Of a stretch of DNA of 64,000 bases, positions 59,748 to 64,000 are shown piece after piece. The translations under genes were made by a program, and so were the position numbers. This DNA comes from Zancudomyces culisetae HAW-14-8 (taxonomy: Eukaryota; Fungi; Kickxellomycota), in assembly GCA_052426225.1 (NCBI GenBank), contig JBNJNM010000007.1:434001-498000 (forward strand), read 5' to 3'. The notes beneath the pieces were generated by a model, which saw nothing but the letters and a program-made list of their open reading frames with translations, searched no databases and was not told the origin of the DNA. Each line of letters opens with the position of its first letter. Positions within the stretch are counted from its first letter, which is position 1.

Positions 59748-62700
59748 ATGATCCACTACAAACTAAAAGCCGGTTTATTACGAGTTGGTATGAGGGATAT
59801 CAGCAAACGGTTGTTAAGTCTAGAAGCGAGAACACATTTAGACGAACAAGGCCACACCAACCAAGTTATTGGGCACAATTTACCGAAAGAGAGTGAATTA
59901 AACAATCTTTATAGTCTTGGAGCAAAGATGCTGAAGAATAACAATGTTGAAAATCAACAAATATTCATCGATACGTTTGATTCATTAATTAGGAATGGAG
60001 CTTTAATTGCTAAAAAAAGTCAGAAACAACAGGAACAGGATGATCTTTTGAATGCAATAAAGCTATTAGATCAAGAAAGGGCAGTTGGTTATCTAGAGCG
60101 AGTCATTAATGATATATTAAAAGTTAGGCCTTTGAATGCGAGGGAATGTTCGTTAATGATAGGCATATTCGGGGAACATGGGTCCTGGGGCAATGCAACC
60201 ATGTTGTACGATGTGGCTGTTGATGCGGGGCTGGACGGTACTGTACATCTAAATCACTCAATAATGAAAGCACTGGTAAAAAACAAGGTGTATGGGCCAG
60301 CAGCTATTTTATGGCTTGATTTGGTTGAGCGCGAACAACTAAATGGACAAGTATATTCACTGATAATATTACACCTGATAGAGATAAACGAAACAGAAAA
60401 GGCTGTAATAGAATTCAACCGAATGAAAACACTGGGATTGAAGGCACAGGATAAAGTGTACGATGAGATTCTATGCATATTAGCAAAAAGCAACGATAAA
60501 AAGTCGGATCGTAAAATACAAGAGTTGGTTAAAGAGGTGGTGAGGCTTAAGATAAAGTTAAATATACACAAGGTGGTAGAAGCGTGTAGCAGTTTACAAC
60601 GAGATGAGAGGCATGATATGGTAGATTGGATACTCAAGGAGCTGGGTGTAGAAAAGGATAAAAACGTACTTGGATTGAGAGTGAATATGCTGATACATAA
60701 TAAACTGTACATGTCGGCAGAACTCGATCGAATGGACGATACAAAGTATCAGGAATTGATTATAGGACTGTGTAGATCCGGAATGGTTGAATATGCACTG
60801 AAAATGGATCAGGCGTTAGAATCGCTAATAGAAAAAACAGGAAACAAGCTATTAACAAGAATATGTTTATATTGTTTTGCAATGAACAAACGGTATCTTG
60901 AACAAGTGAAACTGCCTGAAACTACCAAGGACCTCACAATTCAAGATACATCGATTTTGGAATATGGGCTTAAAGCTATTAAAAACTTGTCTATCGCGAT
61001 GGCGAATGATATAAAAATACCGGTAAGGATTCTTGAGGATGTATACGAATCTATTGTAATTACAAACATGCCCCAACTAGCACTAGAACTTGATAAAAAA
61101 GTTCTTTTAGACAACAAAGTTGAAAAACTGCGATATTTGGGGATCACATGTGTCTTGGCCGCAAATTCCAAGGGAGAAGAGTGTAAATTGGTTGAAAAAA
61201 CGGAGGTTTTTCTGAAAACACTAGTAGAGCTACAATCTGTAAAAGTGGATGAAGTGCGCAACTTTAGCAAAATACGACTGTGCGGATGGAATAATGTAAT
61301 AACTCATTTACAGGACCTTGGAATAAATTATGGTGCTTCAAACATTCTAAGCTTGGCTGAACTTTTATTAAATGCAAAAGATACACTGCTAGAGGATAGA
61401 TTTATCCCATATAATTCCCTGCTAAAGCTTTTAGGTAGTTTGGGTCTAAAATTTCAAACTTATAATTTCCAACGGCAAGTAGATGTACATACAGAAACTG
61501 ATTCCAATATAGATGAAGTATTTGATCAAAAGAGGCTGAAAGAGATACTGAATCTGGTTGTTGAAACATCTATCAGCATTGCCATACGCAACAAAAGTTC
61601 TGAGGATGGTGAGGAAGCTTCTGGGAATGAAATTATTAAACAAAATAGAAGTATTGATCTTTACGGCATTAAGGATAATGGAATTATGTCGGCTTTTAGC
61701 AAAGAACAGATATTCAATAGGGAAAACTTGCACTACTTGACACACTATCTACTAAATGAAAATAACGTATACTCGATTTCGATTTTGTTTAATATAATCA
61801 CCAGCACAACACTGAAAACTAGCTACACCTCGGTTAAACTTATTTTACTCCGATTAGTCCAGCGAAGAAATTTCAGACTTTTGCGAGAATTGATACGTCG
61901 CCTCGGGCTTTTTGAAATGAATAATGATAACTCTCAGAAATATAAAACAGATGTTGTAAAAATCATTGGACAGGGAATCATAACTTATTCAAAAGATACG
62001 TTTAATAATCCGCGAGCCGTTCAGGAAATTTCTGATTTTATAAAGACAATTATACTTGAGGATGTTTTGGGTGGAAGTCCGAGTAAATACAAAAAAGATA
62101 CCCGTGATTTAGTAGCTTGCATACTGGGGTATATCTGCTTGGGTGTCACTGATAATGACCCTATACATGATGGTAGAATGGCATCATTGAATATGTCACA
62201 CCAGCTTCCAATGAGGCTCCTGGAGTATATAAGTAAAAACGACATACTCTTTGACGAAGAGATATACACAAAGATGATTACATCTATGATTTCTAGACCG
62301 AGCAAGGGGGTGCTAGCGAATAATAATATTCTGAGGTTATCCGATGACCAGCTGACGCAGGTGTTAAAGTTGTATAATGAATATGTAAAGAAAAAAGCGT
62401 CTAAAAGTACTCAGGTATCAATAACTGTGTTAAAATCTCTTGGACTGCGGTTAGGCAAACCCAAAACATTTTATAATATTCTGAATTGTTTGAATCTTGA
62501 AAATTTTCCAAAGGAAAAATGTGTTGAACTATGTACAATTATATACACAATGTATATTGAATACGGACTTGGTGATACCCCACTGGCAGAAGTTTTGGAT
62601 CTTTATACTTCTGAACTAGAAAAATACCAAAATGTTGAAAATATCAATGGCTACTATATCAATATATTTCTACAGAGCCTCTTTTTGAAAATAATGGATG

Positions 62701-63767
62701 ACAATTCTCCTATCAATGATCGAGTTACGGTTATTAACTTTCTTCCAAAGTTTTACAATGAAACTATCAAAAATAAGCTGAATATCAAACCTGACAAATT
62801 TATGATTTCAATAATTCTCGGGATCTTGAGTAAGCTAAAAGTACTATCTTTTGTATCCACCCCGTCTGATGCCAGGAACTATGAAAAGATTGTTCTTCAG
62901 ATGCTTGATGACATTGTAAACAAGGATTTGGAGCTTTATCATATCAAAATTAATATTGTTTTGATTAATTCAATACTCAGAGTATACGGGAAATACTATG
63001 ATACTCTTGATGGTCCATATCTAGCAAACACAAACACAAACACAAACCAAATACAAAACCAAACCCAAAACCAAACTCAAAACCAAACTCAAAACCAAAC
63101 TCAAAACCAAGAGGTGAACGAAAACAACGATACGTTATTTTCATTGTTTGGGACTATGCTTTTGAGAACAGCATATATCAAACCTGCGCTAAAGAAAAAA
63201 CACAAGCTTTCAAATGTATATGAAAACATAATAAACATTAGCAACTTTCAAGAAAATGATCATGAAAACACAAAAGTCAAAGATTTTAAGCTCTTTAGAT
63301 TATCTCATTATACTTGGGAATCTAAACATTATCTCAGGTTGCTAACCACTCCACATAACAACAACAACAACAATAATAATGAAGTCGGAGAACATTATAT
63401 TATTAATAATAATGAGTATGTAGATAAGAATATTGATATAGATGGAAATACTTTTACAAGAAAAAACGAGTATTTAAAGAAAAAAATGAGACACATCTCA
63501 CCAAACACAAGCACTTTCAACATAGTATTATATAACCTATTACACCATCATCACGATATAATCTCTGCAATCAATGTTTTCCATTTTATGGAACAAAAGA
63601 GCAGAAATCAAAAACATGGAAGCCAGTCGTTTTTAGTTCAGTGTGAACCAAATATAATCACTGCAAAAATATTTTATAATTACTTTAAGTATCAGGCAAA
63701 TTCGGCTTCAGGAATCAAATGGGTACAAAAATGGACAAAGAAATACGGAATCGGTTGGGTGTCATAA
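59748..63767 (+). CDS. Large pentatricopeptide-repeat (PPR)-like protein, probably mitochondrial
   Basis: PPR-like units (NGQVYSLIILHLIEINETEKAVIEFNRMKTLGLKAQDKVYDEIL; PDKFMISIIL; PNTSTFNIVL...AINVFHFM; PNIITAKIF); basic N-terminal presequence; intronless. Confidence 0.75.
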   Translation: MIHYKLKAGLLRVGMRDISKRLLSLEARTHLDEQGHTNQVIGHNLPKESELNNLYSLGAKMLKNNNVENQQIFIDTFDSLIRNGALIAKKSQKQQEQDDLLNAIKLLDQERAVGYLERVINDILKVRPLNARECSLMIGIFGEHGSWGNATMLYDVAVDAGLDGTVHLNHSIMKALVKNKVYGPAAILWLDLVEREQLNGQVYSLIILHLIEINETEKAVIEFNRMKTLGLKAQDKVYDEILCILAKSNDKKSDRKIQELVKEVVRLKIKLNIHKVVEACSSLQRDERHDMVDWILKELGVEKDKNVLGLRVNMLIHNKLYMSAELDRMDDTKYQELIIGLCRSGMVEYALKMDQALESLIEKTGNKLLTRICLYCFAMNKRYLEQVKLPETTKDLTIQDTSILEYGLKAIKNLSIAMANDIKIPVRILEDVYESIVITNMPQLALELDKKVLLDNKVEKLRYLGITCVLAANSKGEECKLVEKTEVFLKTLVELQSVKVDEVRNFSKIRLCGWNNVITHLQDLGINYGASNILSLAELLLNAKDTLLEDRFIPYNSLLKLLGSLGLKFQTYNFQRQVDVHTETDSNIDEVFDQKRLKEILNLVVETSISIAIRNKSSEDGEEASGNEIIKQNRSIDLYGIKDNGIMSAFSKEQIFNRENLHYLTHYLLNENNVYSISILFNIITSTTLKTSYTSVKLILLRLVQRRNFRLLRELIRRLGLFEMNNDNSQKYKTDVVKIIGQGIITYSKDTFNNPRAVQEISDFIKTIILEDVLGGSPSKYKKDTRDLVACILGYICLGVTDNDPIHDGRMASLNMSHQLPMRLLEYISKNDILFDEEIYTKMITSMISRPSKGVLANNNILRLSDDQLTQVLKLYNEYVKKKASKSTQVSITVLKSLGLRLGKPKTFYNILNCLNLENFPKEKCVELCTIIYTMYIEYGLGDTPLAEVLDLYTSELEKYQNVENINGYYINIFLQSLFLKIMDDNSPINDRVTVINFLPKFYNETIKNKLNIKPDKFMISIILGILSKLKVLSFVSTPSDARNYEKIVLQMLDDIVNKDLELYHIKINIVLINSILRVYGKYYDTLDGPYLANTNTNTNQIQNQTQNQTQNQTQNQTQNQEVNENNDTLFSLFGTMLLRTAYIKPALKKKHKLSNVYENIINISNFQENDHENTKVKDFKLFRLSHYTWESKHYLRLLTTPHNNNNNNNNEVGEHYIINNNEYVDKNIDIDGNTFTRKNEYLKKKMRHISPNTSTFNIVLYNLLHHHHDIISAINVFHFMEQKSRNQKHGSQSFLVQCEPNIITAKIFYNYFKYQANSASGIKWVQKWTKKYGIGWVS
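63025..63110 (+). repeat. Coding microsatellite encoding NTNTNTNQIQN(QTQN)n
   Basis: caaacacaaacacaaac... followed by (caaaaccaaact) 12-mers inside the PPR ORF. Confidence 0.85.
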
Positions 63768-64000
63768 CTAGGGTTCGAGACTGATGATGTTAGGGTGGGA
63801 AAGAGAAGAATAAAGAGAATGAGTATGAGAATGAGAATGTGGGATTTTTGGATGACAGGATTTGGATTTGGATTTGGATTCGGATTTGCTGTCCGTTTAA
63901 ATTAAAAAAGCAACCAGAAACTATCTGAAATTAAATTATGGTTTAACTATTGCGGAATGCGACCTCAACCGTGAAAATATAAAGGCTCGCTTAGGGCCAA

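Noticed and set aside
1-64000. Transposons, CRISPR arrays, rRNA
   Set aside because: No transposase/RT/integrase ORF, LTR/TIR pair, regularly spaced repeats or rRNA-like sequence detected.

Overview
AT-rich, gene-dense nuclear DNA from an intron-containing eukaryote, almost certainly a fungus (fungal NUXM, NCA2, ATP10, RCF1, MAM33, PalB/calpain-7, Kre9/KNH-like GPI protein). An early-diverging lineage such as Zoopagomycota/Harpellales is my unverified inference. I reconstructed 25 protein-coding genes by hand-splicing, many of them split across ORF-track fragments, plus a tandem tRNA-Gly/tRNA-Trp pair. No transposon, CRISPR array or rRNA is evident. Best leads: (1) a 4-nt 'GTAG' microexon, which is also a potential recursive splice site, needed to restore the conserved WRKVEIDD strand of the 19-exon calpain-7; (2) an orphan coiled-coil protein aligning without gaps to my recollection of the synaptonemal central-element protein SYCE2; (3) a G-rich-5'/C-rich-3' compositional gradient along long genes; (4) two otherwise intact enzymes whose frames break (MsrB, 2 extra nt; BCKDHA intron 4, GG-AG or GT-GG), either assembly errors or recoding/non-canonical splicing; (5) a dicistronic tRNA gene; (6) two apparent pseudoenzymes (hexokinase, DPBB/expansin-like). 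All family calls come from motif recognition, not database searches.
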